A stretch of 25,132 nucleotides of DNA from an uncultured Candidatus Saccharibacteria bacterium (GCA_964593075.1 CAZQGP010000121.1:1-25132); one strand, 5' to 3'. Counted from the stretch's first letter, positions 6,816 through 15,976 are shown. Made by a program: numbers and translations. Notes: generated by a model from the sequence alone, not told the origin.

Positions 6816-9622
6816 TGAAATTACCACTTAAATGGCTAGATGAGTACACAAATATTAATATGGATGCCAAACAATTAACGAACCATTTGACGATGATTGG
6901 TCAAGAAGTAGAATCAATTGGTATCTTTGGAAATTTTGAAGAAGTTGTTGTGGGTGAAGTTGTAAAACTCGGCAAGCATCCAAATGCTGATAAACTTTCA
7001 GTCACAAAAGTAAATGTTGGGCAAAATGAACTTCTTCAGATTGTCTGTGGGGCCAACAATCTCTCTCTTGGCATAAAAGTCCCTGTCGTTTTAGTCGGAG
7101 GAGAAGTCGCTGGTTTTAAAATCGAAAAAGCAAACCTTCGTGGAATAGAATCATTTGGCATGATTTGCAGCGAAAAAGAATTAGGTTTAGGGCAGGAGCA
7201 TGACGGAATCTTAATCCTGGAGAATGACACCAAGGTCGGTATCGATTTCAAAGAATATTTAGATTCAAATAAAACGATAGATATAAAAATTCAACCGAAC
7301 CGCCCTGACTGTATGGGGGTTTGGGGCTTAGCAAGGGAAGCGGCAGCGGGTAAATCGAAATTAAATCTACCAGTAGTAAAAGTATCTGAATCTAAAGAAG
7401 AGAAAACTTCTGAGTTAGTGGATATTAAAATATTTGAACCTGAGTTATGCTCACGTTATGTAGCAAGAGTTGTTAAAAACATTAGAGTTCTCCCATCTCC
7501 AAAATGGCTTCAAGACAGATTAAGATCAGTGGGGGTTAGACCAATAAACAATGTTGTCGATATTTCAAACTACGTGATGTTTGAGACTGGTCAACCCTTG
7601 CATTTCTTTGATTTAGACAAATTGGTAGATGGAAAGAAAAAAGCAACAATTATTGTTCGTTGTGCAAAGAATAATGAAACTATAAAAACAATCGATGGGA
7701 CAGAGTTTAAGCTTGATCCAAGCATGCTTCTTGTCGCTAATGAAAAAACGGCAATTGCGATCGCTGGAGTGATGGGTGGGGCGAATACAGAAGTAGATGA
7801 TAAAACAAAAAATGTTTTAATCGAAGCCGCAGTTTTTGATAAAACGAGTATCAGGAAAACTTCAAGATCGTTGAATCTAAGGAGCGAAGCGGTCGGGCGG
7901 TTCGAAAAAGGACTACCGCTTACTTTGCCGAGGGTCGCTATCGATCGGGCGGCTCAGAAGCTTGAAGAGTTGGCAACAGGAAAGGCGACCGAGGGAGTAG
8001 TCGACATTCTAAGTAAATGGATTTGGATTCAACATTTAGGTTTATCAGTCACAAAATTAAATAAATTCTTAGGGATTAATGTCAAATCTTCTGATGCTTG
8101 TAATATATTACACTCTCTCGGATTTGAGGCCGAAGAATTTGATATTTCAGTGGAAGCCAGAAAACACCTCAATAAACCCTATCTTTACGGAGCAAACTAT
8201 AAGCAAAATCAAACTGACCTTTTCGATTGCTCTTACCTAACAGATTATATTTATTCATTGATAAATATTCAAATTGGACATACTTCGTTGGGGCAGTTGC
8301 ATCATGGTTGGGAAGTTAAGACGGACGAACTAAAAGCCGGAGATATTCTCTTCTATAAGGGGCATATTGACAAATCAGTCACAAACGAATATTACAAGAA
8401 CGACGGCAAAGGAAACCATACCAAGGTGGCAACCGATAAATATCTAGATGGTGTTGGTCATAATGGCTTATATATTGGGGGCGGGAAAGTTATACACGCT
8501 GCTGCATATGAATATGTTAAAGGACAGTGGCAAGAAAAGGCAAAAAAAGATCAAAGGGTCGAGGTAGTCCCAGTTGAATACTTTACGTGTAACCCTGATT
8601 ATATTGGTGCTAGACGATACGTCAATGATTTACATGATTTAATTGCAGTCACAGTACCTTGGTGGCGTGAAGACGTTAAATGCGATGCCGATCTTTATGA
8701 AGAAATCGCCAGAATCTATGGTTATGATAAAATCCCCTCAACGCTACCAGAGATGAGAGACTTTTTACCGAAAGAAAATACAAACTACTTGTTTGTGGGA
8801 AAGTTAAAACAACTTTTGTCAAATATCGGTTTATCAGAAATATACACCTATCCGTTTGTAAGTAAAAAAGCTCTTGTAATACTCGGAGAAGAGATTGAGA
8901 AAGCCTCAAAAATAGCCAACCCGTTGGTTAAAGAACAAGAATATTTAAGAACAAATCTCGTTCAATCAATGCTTTTTGCCTTGTGTGATAACCAGTTTGA
9001 TCGGGATAATATCCAGTTTTTTGAGATTAGCCAAACTTTTAAAAAGACGCAAAATGAAAATCTGCCAACGAACAGAAATATTCTTTGTGTTGGTGTAAAA
9101 ACTGATAGGGATGAAAAAGCAAACTTTGATTTAGTAAAAGGTATTTTTGATCGGATTTTGACTGAATTCGGAATTAATGAAAAGAATTTGACCAGAGATG
9201 ACTGGAAAATCGAGATGATTACACCCGAAATAAGAGAATTTTTTGGATTAAAAAAGAAGGTAGCAACAATGACACTTGATCTCGACAAGTTAATAAAGAT
9301 TGCTCCGAAAAAAATATTGTTTCAATCAATAAGTAAGTATCCATCTGTCGAACGGGATGTTTCGGCTATTTTTGAAGAAAGCAAAACCGCAAAAGAGATT
9401 ATTGATGTTGTAGAAAAGTGCAGTTTCTTAATTGTTGGCACAAAGATTGTGGACATATATGAAGGAAAGCCATTTGAAAATAACGAGAAAAGTGTCACAA
9501 TTAGATTTACATTGTCGAGCTTTGATAAAACTTTAACTGATCAAGAAATTGACGAAGTCATTAATCTTTGTATTAAAAAGATTGAAGCTTCAGGAGGGAA
9601 AATTCGGGGTGGCAAAGAATAA
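6815..9622 (+). CDS. pheT: Phenylalanine--tRNA ligase beta subunit with an inserted NlpC/P60 domain
   Basis: HPNADKL and IVCGANN (B2), PNRPDC, INNVVDISNYVMFETGQPLHFFD (B3/4), split B5, NPL/LRTNL (B7), SKYPSVERDVS (B8). TGATG coupling to pheS. At 935 aa it is longer than the usual ~800. Confidence 0.97.
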   Translation: MKLPLKWLDEYTNINMDAKQLTNHLTMIGQEVESIGIFGNFEEVVVGEVVKLGKHPNADKLSVTKVNVGQNELLQIVCGANNLSLGIKVPVVLVGGEVAGFKIEKANLRGIESFGMICSEKELGLGQEHDGILILENDTKVGIDFKEYLDSNKTIDIKIQPNRPDCMGVWGLAREAAAGKSKLNLPVVKVSESKEEKTSELVDIKIFEPELCSRYVARVVKNIRVLPSPKWLQDRLRSVGVRPINNVVDISNYVMFETGQPLHFFDLDKLVDGKKKATIIVRCAKNNETIKTIDGTEFKLDPSMLLVANEKTAIAIAGVMGGANTEVDDKTKNVLIEAAVFDKTSIRKTSRSLNLRSEAVGRFEKGLPLTLPRVAIDRAAQKLEELATGKATEGVVDILSKWIWIQHLGLSVTKLNKFLGINVKSSDACNILHSLGFEAEEFDISVEARKHLNKPYLYGANYKQNQTDLFDCSYLTDYIYSLINIQIGHTSLGQLHHGWEVKTDELKAGDILFYKGHIDKSVTNEYYKNDGKGNHTKVATDKYLDGVGHNGLYIGGGKVIHAAAYEYVKGQWQEKAKKDQRVEVVPVEYFTCNPDYIGARRYVNDLHDLIAVTVPWWREDVKCDADLYEEIARIYGYDKIPSTLPEMRDFLPKENTNYLFVGKLKQLLSNIGLSEIYTYPFVSKKALVILGEEIEKASKIANPLVKEQEYLRTNLVQSMLFALCDNQFDRDNIQFFEISQTFKKTQNENLPTNRNILCVGVKTDRDEKANFDLVKGIFDRILTEFGINEKNLTRDDWKIEMITPEIREFFGLKKKVATMTLDLDKLIKIAPKKILFQSISKYPSVERDVSAIFEESKTAKEIIDVVEKCSFLIVGTKIVDIYEGKPFENNEKSVTIRFTLSSFDKTLTDQEIDEVINLCIKKIEASGGKIRGGKE
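8141..8635 (+). other. NlpC/P60 (C40, papain-like) domain inserted within PheT B5, aa ~443-607
   Basis: ARKHLNKPYLYGA, FDCS (C472, 8228), LKAGDILFY, GHNGLYIGGGKVIHA (H549, 8459; H561, 8495), YIGARRY. All canonical blocks are present in order. Confidence 0.92.
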
Positions 9623-11357
9623 GGGAAAGCAAAATATTGATTCGATCCAGAAACCAGCCGCAGTTATAAAGGGAGAAAAAGATAATTCGGATAAGCCGTT
9701 GATTTCAATCTTAGAACCCGAGTCAACTTTTACTAAAGACCAAGGTAATGACCGGAAGAAGATCAAACAGTGGCTGTTTAGAGAAATTTCTTTTAAAAGA
9801 AGCAAAAAAGACAATTCAGAGAAAAAATCAGAAAAGATTGGAAAAGATAGCCCTAAGAAAAAAGAAATCCATTCGATTATAAAACCACATCACAAAAAAA
9901 TTGCTATTGCTGGTGCCGTTATTTGTGTTGTCTTTTCAATTGCTACATTGATCGCTGGGGCAGCCTTTGCTCATCAGAAAGTGTACGCAAACAAAGTTTA
10001 CCCGGGGGTTACGGTTTGGGGAACAGAGGTAGGCGGAAAAACAATGACAGAAGTTCAAAAACTAGTGACGGATAAAATGAAGGATTATAAAGTTGAATTA
10101 ACTGGACCAGATCAAACCTATACTGCAACTGCAAGCGATTTGGGACTAACGGTTGAGTCAGAAACGATTGCGTTGAGTGCATATTCTAAGGGCAGAACGG
10201 GTTCTTTCTGGGATAATTACTTAACAAGAGCTCGTCTTATGGCGACAAGAATCAATTGGGAAACATCGCAAAAAATTATTCGAGCCAATGATTTAAAAAT
10301 AGAGCCAAAATATAATATTGATGAAAAAAGCCTAGAAAACTACGTCAATACAATTATTGCCAATATTAATATTGGAGCGAAAGACTCAGAGGTTAAAGTC
10401 ACGAGCGGGACCACACAACTTGTTCCAGCAATTTTTGGGAGAGAGGTGGCAAAAGACGCTTTGTTGAGTGAGTTAAGGTCTCATCTAAAAAGTTTTGAGA
10501 GTGGGGGAATAAAAATTAACACTAAAACTATAAGGCCGGCGATTGTTGATGATTCAGCCCAAGAAATTGCTGTTCAAGCACAGAGTGTCATGTCTCGTCC
10601 TGTAACTTTAGCTTTCAATGAACAAATATTTAAACCCAATAAAGAAACCGTAGCCTCCTGGATAACCTTTACAAAAACTAATGGGGCTCAAAATTATTCA
10701 ATCTATGTCGATCCGGCCCGAATGAAGAGTTATTTTACTTTTTTGGGGACACAAATAAATGTCTATTCAGTTAATAAACGAGTCCAAGTAGAAAATGGCG
10801 TTAAAGAGACTGTTCTTCAAGAAGGCAAAGATGGACTTTTGATTGATGAAACGGCCCTGGGAACAAGTATTTCCACAACTTTAGCGAATCAACCTTCGGT
10901 TAATCTTAGTATCCCAATGTATGTTGCTAAATTTAAAACAGAATTCAGTCAGATCCTTATTGCTGATTGGGACAAGTATATTGATATTAATGTTTCATTG
11001 CAGAGAATGAGTGCTTGTGAAAAAGGTGGAGTTAATTGTCAAACATTTGCAGTAACAACGGGTAATAGTGCCCATCCAACACCAGTTGGTACCTGGTTGG
11101 TTCATGGCAAATCAGCGATTACGAGAATGACAGGAGGAACGCCAGGAGTTGACTATTACGATCTGCCAAATGTTCACTGGGTGACTTGGTTTAAGGGTGG
11201 CGGGTACTCAATTCATGAAGCATATTGGCGCTCAAGTTTTGGTGGCATGGATTATACTTGGAATGGTTCTCATGGCTGTGTTAACTCTCCGATCGATGTC
11301 GCAAAATTTATTTTTGATTGGGCACCGGTTGGGACTCCCGTCATTGTTCATTATTAA
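9609..11357 (+). CDS. Membrane-anchored L,D-transpeptidase (YkuD domain) with PG_binding_4-like stalk
   Basis: Basic N-terminal tail, one TM, VYPGVTVWGTEVGGKT, then YIDINVSLQRM, TG..PTPVG, YSIHEAYW, SHGCVN, VGTPV. Likely start GTG 9609 (AGGAGG at 9592-9597), overlapping the pheT end by 14 nt. Confidence 0.9.
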   Translation: MAKNKGKQNIDSIQKPAAVIKGEKDNSDKPLISILEPESTFTKDQGNDRKKIKQWLFREISFKRSKKDNSEKKSEKIGKDSPKKKEIHSIIKPHHKKIAIAGAVICVVFSIATLIAGAAFAHQKVYANKVYPGVTVWGTEVGGKTMTEVQKLVTDKMKDYKVELTGPDQTYTATASDLGLTVESETIALSAYSKGRTGSFWDNYLTRARLMATRINWETSQKIIRANDLKIEPKYNIDEKSLENYVNTIIANINIGAKDSEVKVTSGTTQLVPAIFGREVAKDALLSELRSHLKSFESGGIKINTKTIRPAIVDDSAQEIAVQAQSVMSRPVTLAFNEQIFKPNKETVASWITFTKTNGAQNYSIYVDPARMKSYFTFLGTQINVYSVNKRVQVENGVKETVLQEGKDGLLIDETALGTSISTTLANQPSVNLSIPMYVAKFKTEFSQILIADWDKYIDINVSLQRMSACEKGGVNCQTFAVTTGNSAHPTPVGTWLVHGKSAITRMTGGTPGVDYYDLPNVHWVTWFKGGGYSIHEAYWRSSFGGMDYTWNGSHGCVNSPIDVAKFIFDWAPVGTPVIVHY

Positions 11358-11367
11358 AAGGAGAAAA

Positions 11368-11805
11368 ATGAGTATCTTTAATCAAAAACCGAAGGAAGAG
11401 TCAATCGAGGCAAGACAACAAAAACACCAAGAACAAGAAGGCGAAAATCTTGAAAAACTATTAGGTGAAAAAGCTGCAACGGAAAAGATGGAAGAATTTG
11501 AAATAAGACAAGAACAGATAACCAAAACTGGACCATCTCAACAAACGAAAGATCTTAAGAAAAATTCGAATCAAGTTTTGATAGATTTAAAACTAGACGA
11601 AAAATTAAAATATGCTAAATCTGAACCGGAGCCAATAAGTGAGACGAGTGAAGTTCCGAAAAAAGATATGGGTTGGGTAAAAAAAGTAGAAGAAGTAATA
11701 AAAAAAGATAAAGACAAGCCCTATGAAGAAGAAGAAGATGCAGAGGTTTTACAGCAGGATTATCTAAAGAAAAGCTTTAAAGAGAAGGTTAAAATTGATG
11801 AATAA
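11368..11805 (+). CDS. Small charged hypothetical protein preceding the coupling ATPase
   Basis: AAGGAG SD then ATG 11368 (not 11197). Low-complexity N-terminus and a helical C-terminal block WVKKVEEVIKKDKDKPY...LQQDYLKKSF. Confidence 0.8.
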   Translation: MSIFNQKPKEESIEARQQKHQEQEGENLEKLLGEKAATEKMEEFEIRQEQITKTGPSQQTKDLKKNSNQVLIDLKLDEKLKYAKSEPEPISETSEVPKKDMGWVKKVEEVIKKDKDKPYEEEEDAEVLQQDYLKKSFKEKVKIDE

Positions 11806-11808
11806 ACT

Positions 11809-14322
11809 ATGACTTTTTTGTGGCTGTTGTTATTTATTATTCTTATCGCACTTTCGTGTGGCGCAATCTTCTTTTTTTACCGCAAAAGCAAATACTGGAA
11901 GAAGCAAGTGGAGCGATCATTGAAAATGATTCCCTTTTTGATCACTATCCCGAGAGATAGTGGGTCTATTGATGAACAAACAGGGATAGGGAATAGGGAT
12001 AGAAGAGATATACTAAAAGAAGTTATCTCTGTAGCAGAAACTTTTTACTCAAATCTGAGTTCAATCGGTGGTGGTTCAAAAATCAAAAAAAAGCTAATGG
12101 GCTCTCCTCACTTCGCGGCCGAAATAGTGGCTAAAGACCGAGAAATATTTTTTTATTTGGTCGCTCCCCTTCGTTTTAAGGAAATTATACAAAATGGCAT
12201 ATCCTCACAATATCCAGATGCTTCAATTGAGGAAGTTGAGGAGCATAATATTTTTAGTCAGCAATGGGGAATCGAGTGTATCGCAGGGGGCGAACTAAGA
12301 TCAAAACGTGGGTATTACTATCCTTTTAAAACCTATCAAGAAATGGACACAGAACCTTTGGGGAATATTACAAATGCTCTAAGTAAACTGGCTGATGGCG
12401 AAGGAGCTGCGATTCAAATTATTTTTCGTCCAGCAGATTCAAAATATATGAAAAGAGCTTATCGAGTAGCGAAGCAATTGCATTCAGGTGACAAGAAGAA
12501 ACAAAATATTGCATCAGAAATGTTTAATATGGCGATGGTGAAAGAGAAGGATCAAAAACAGCAACATGAATCACCGCGACTAACCCCGATGGAAGAAGAA
12601 AGGATTAAGGCAATTGAACGGAAAGCCGCCAAGCCGGCCTTCGAGACTATTATCAGATTAGTTGCTTCAACCTCTTCAAAAACCCGATCAGAGGCTGTAA
12701 TTAATGAGATAAGCTCATCATTTATTCAATTTGGTGATCAAAGCATGAATAGTTTTAAGCTAAAAAAAGCCAAAAACACTGAAGTATTAGTCTCTGACTA
12801 TATTTTTAGATTTTTCTTAAAAAGATTGTTTAGATATAGAAACTCAATTTGGAAGAAACCGTCGTATGATCTTATCTTGAATACTGAGGAGCTAGCGACT
12901 ATTTATCATCTTCCGAATTTCTTGATTGATACTCCGGGAATACGGTGGTTACCATCTAAAAAAGCGGCCCCTCCAACCTTTATTCCAGAGAAAGGAGTCG
13001 TGATTGGCTACAGTCAATTTAGAAATGAGGATAAGATCATAAGAATCGCCGAAACTGAGAGACGGAGACATGTTTATATTGTGGGACAGACAGGTACGGG
13101 GAAGACGACAACGATGATTAATATGTTTCTATCGGATATTAGAGAGGGGAAAGGCGGTTGCTATATTGATCCTCATGGTCAAGACATGGAGGAACACATC
13201 TTACCAAATATTCCTAAAGAACGAGCGGAAGATGTTATCTATTTTGATGCAAGTGATACCCAAAGACCTCTTGGCTTAAATCTTTTTTCTGCTAAAACTC
13301 AGGAAGAGAAAGATTTTGTTATCCAGGAATCAATTTCGATGCTATATAGACTCTATGATCCTGGACATACGGGCATTATGGGGCCGAGATTTGAACATTG
13401 GTTTCGAAATGCCGCATTGGCTTTAATGGCGGATCCAGCTGGTGGAACTTTTATCGATGTCCCAAAAATTTTTACTGATGATAAATTTTTAGCCGAGAAG
13501 TTAAGATATGTAACCGATCCTGTCGTTCGTAATTTCTGGATCAATGAAATGGGACAAACAAGTGATTATCATAAAAGCGAAATGCTTGGTTGGTTTGTAG
13601 GTAAATTTGGCGCTTTTATGACTAATATGACAATGCGTAACATAATAGGCCAAGTCGAATCATCGCTTAATTTTCGTCAAATAATGGATACCAAGAAAAT
13701 TCTATTAATTAATTTAGCCAAGGGCCAGGTCGGCGAAGAGAATATGAAGTTGTTGGGTATGATTTGTGTGGCACAAATTTTTATGGGTGCGATGAGTCGT
13801 GTTGATACTCCGGAAGATCAACGACAAGATTTTTATCTCTATGTTGATGAGTTTCAAAATTTTGCGACCGATACCTTTGAAAAAATTCTCTCTGAGGCTC
13901 GTAAGTTTAAACTCAATCTAACCGTTGGGAATCAGTACATTGGACAACTTACTGAACCGATTCGTGATTCTGTCTTTGGAAATGTTGGAAGTTTGTTATC
14001 TTTTAGGGTTGGTAACGACGATGCTGAGTATCTGACAAAGCAATTTGCGCCTGTTTTTAACCAACAAGATTTAATTAACTTGGAAAATTATCATAGTGTC
14101 GCTAAAATATTGATAGATGCAAAACCAACAAGAGCTTTTAGTATGAGGGGATATAACTACCCTCCAGGCGCAAGCAAAGAAGTCGGTGAAGCCATCAAGC
14201 AATTAGCACGATTAAAATACGGACGGCCAAAAGAAGTGGTTGATGAAGAGATCCAATCAAGAATGGCCATTAACAAACAAATTACCCCAGTTGATACAGG
14301 TAGTTTGCCGAGGGAGTTATAA
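11809..14322 (+). CDS. VirD4/TraD-like (TrwB AAD / DUF87) coupling ATPase, HerA-FtsK superfamily
   Basis: N-terminal TM, RRRHVYIVGQTGTGKT (Walker A), IDPHG, FYLYVDEFQNF (Walker B), SEARKFKLNLTVGNQY, GNVGSLLSFRVG. Confidence 0.92.
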   Translation: MTFLWLLLFIILIALSCGAIFFFYRKSKYWKKQVERSLKMIPFLITIPRDSGSIDEQTGIGNRDRRDILKEVISVAETFYSNLSSIGGGSKIKKKLMGSPHFAAEIVAKDREIFFYLVAPLRFKEIIQNGISSQYPDASIEEVEEHNIFSQQWGIECIAGGELRSKRGYYYPFKTYQEMDTEPLGNITNALSKLADGEGAAIQIIFRPADSKYMKRAYRVAKQLHSGDKKKQNIASEMFNMAMVKEKDQKQQHESPRLTPMEEERIKAIERKAAKPAFETIIRLVASTSSKTRSEAVINEISSSFIQFGDQSMNSFKLKKAKNTEVLVSDYIFRFFLKRLFRYRNSIWKKPSYDLILNTEELATIYHLPNFLIDTPGIRWLPSKKAAPPTFIPEKGVVIGYSQFRNEDKIIRIAETERRRHVYIVGQTGTGKTTTMINMFLSDIREGKGGCYIDPHGQDMEEHILPNIPKERAEDVIYFDASDTQRPLGLNLFSAKTQEEKDFVIQESISMLYRLYDPGHTGIMGPRFEHWFRNAALALMADPAGGTFIDVPKIFTDDKFLAEKLRYVTDPVVRNFWINEMGQTSDYHKSEMLGWFVGKFGAFMTNMTMRNIIGQVESSLNFRQIMDTKKILLINLAKGQVGEENMKLLGMICVAQIFMGAMSRVDTPEDQRQDFYLYVDEFQNFATDTFEKILSEARKFKLNLTVGNQYIGQLTEPIRDSVFGNVGSLLSFRVGNDDAEYLTKQFAPVFNQQDLINLENYHSVAKILIDAKPTRAFSMRGYNYPPGASKEVGEAIKQLARLKYGRPKEVVDEEIQSRMAINKQITPVDTGSLPREL

Positions 14323-14326
14323 AAAA

Positions 14327-15475
14327 ATGAATTTGCAAGTCCATCAAGCAAGAGTCCCAAATGATCAGGAATTTTCTGAGCTTGTTGACGTTGCGTTGAA
14401 AGACGGTAGCGGAGTTGGAGAGATAGAGACATATTTAGCCAGCGAGACAAAATTACCCAAAAACCGGGCTGGAGAACTAGAGGTAGCCTATGGTACCGAC
14501 TATTTGACAGAACTGGCGGTTAGAGAAATCGGTGATTTAGAAGAAGGGTTACCGAAGCGCAAAGAACTTGTTCGGGCAGTGCGTCAAAATAATCCGACGC
14601 TCGAAAGCTTTAGTCCATTAGATAAAGCCCTTAGCTCGATGAGGGAGATTGAATTGTTAAAGGCAAATAAAAAAGCTTTTGAGAGAGTAGATGGTGAAAG
14701 AAAAACTCGATTGGTTGGACCTGTTAGTGACATATTTTCAGAAGCTCAAAGATTAGAGCCAGCTAATTTTGGCCCTAGTTCAGAAAAAGTAATTGATAGT
14801 TTGCTTGAGTCATATCTTTTGATCCAAGGAGAAATGTCAATTAAATTACCACAAGAAGAATTACTAAAAAAATCTCTGACTTATTCGGAAAAGCCTAAAG
14901 AAAAAGAATTCAAAGAACTTTTTTCTCAAAATGAAGCGATCGAAAGAATTGAAGATAAGGTGCCAGAAATCGGGATATCCATTAGGCAACTAATATTAAG
15001 ATTTATTAACGAGCAAGACTTTAGTGAAATTGTTGAAAAATCAGATAACCTTAAAAGAATCCTCGAAACGCTCGTAGGAGAGATAATTACTCAAGAAGCA
15101 AACAAAGAGATGATAAAGATTTGGTCCGAGAAAGACAACTATAGTCTCGACAACTTGAACCTGGCAACCAAGGAGATCCTAGAAGCGGAAATTAGAAAGT
15201 ATGATTTACTCGGTGATTTTTTAGAAGCTTTTATGGTTGAGAAGGAAGTAATAGAGCTGGAAAAAGCTGGTGGTTTGGGTTTAGAGAGAATAATCGATTC
15301 AAAAAAAACTCATCACGTAGAGAATCTGTTAGCCCCTGTCTCAGAAATGGGTTTAGCTCAGGGCTATCCATCTTTAGTCAACCGCCTTGAAGAAGTAAAT
15401 CACGAGATAAACACCACCAGAACCAATAGGGGCATAATATTAAACGCTCAACGGTTATTAGAGAGAAAACAATGA
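14327..15475 (+). CDS. Hypothetical acidic alpha-helical protein
   Basis: Long ORF, AGGGAG upstream of ATG 14327 (not 14240), 4 nt after the ATPase stop. No motif recognised. Confidence 0.75.
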   Translation: MNLQVHQARVPNDQEFSELVDVALKDGSGVGEIETYLASETKLPKNRAGELEVAYGTDYLTELAVREIGDLEEGLPKRKELVRAVRQNNPTLESFSPLDKALSSMREIELLKANKKAFERVDGERKTRLVGPVSDIFSEAQRLEPANFGPSSEKVIDSLLESYLLIQGEMSIKLPQEELLKKSLTYSEKPKEKEFKELFSQNEAIERIEDKVPEIGISIRQLILRFINEQDFSEIVEKSDNLKRILETLVGEIITQEANKEMIKIWSEKDNYSLDNLNLATKEILEAEIRKYDLLGDFLEAFMVEKEVIELEKAGGLGLERIIDSKKTHHVENLLAPVSEMGLAQGYPSLVNRLEEVNHEINTTRTNRGIILNAQRLLERKQ

Positions 15476-15918
15476 AAAAAAGTATACTAGAAGCTCAACT
15501 TAGGAAACTCTATTTTTTTGGTATTATTACCGAAGAGGAATATTGGCGTTTACTCAAAAAATATCAAGAAGAGGGCTTGTCAGCCGGACTGAAAAAAGAA
15601 ACGCTGGCTTTGCTTGGGAAAACCTTAAAATTTAATAAAACCGAAGAAAATGAATTACTAAAAAAAGAAGATTTTATTAGAAAAAATCTAAAAGATCTTG
15701 ATATCCACCACAAAAAACAGATAAATGAGATCAAGGTAAGTTTGGTAGATAACAGAAAGACAAAAATACGGGAAATTAGACGGCAGCAACGTAAGAGATT
15801 GGCAGATATCTCTATTCAACTTTCCCAACTAGATCGAAAAATTAAAGGTTATCAAACCAGGGCTAATTTAGAGGTTGACAGACGCAAACTGGCTGACATC
15901 AGAAAAATTATCCAATAG
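15472..15918 (+). CDS. Hypothetical basic coiled-coil protein with SHOCT-like N-terminus
   Basis: ATGA overlap with the previous ORF. LRKLYFFGIITEEEYWRLLKK resembles the SHOCT motif. Confidence 0.7.
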   Translation: MKKSILEAQLRKLYFFGIITEEEYWRLLKKYQEEGLSAGLKKETLALLGKTLKFNKTEENELLKKEDFIRKNLKDLDIHHKKQINEIKVSLVDNRKTKIREIRRQQRKRLADISIQLSQLDRKIKGYQTRANLEVDRRKLADIRKIIQ

Positions 15919-15947
15919 AACGCTACATTCAAAGAGAACAAAATAGC

Positions 15948-15976
15948 TTGCATTTAAGCACGAAGTTAGTTACAAT
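15948..15976 (+). promoter_or_regulatory. Sigma70-type promoter for gyrBA
   Basis: TTGCAT (15948-15953), 17 bp, TACAAT (15971-15976). Confidence 0.6.

Noticed and set aside
8141..8635. PheT insert as an intein or intron
   Set aside because: No Cys/Ser start with His-Asn end, no homing endonuclease motifs, and the frame is continuous. The motifs are those of NlpC/P60.
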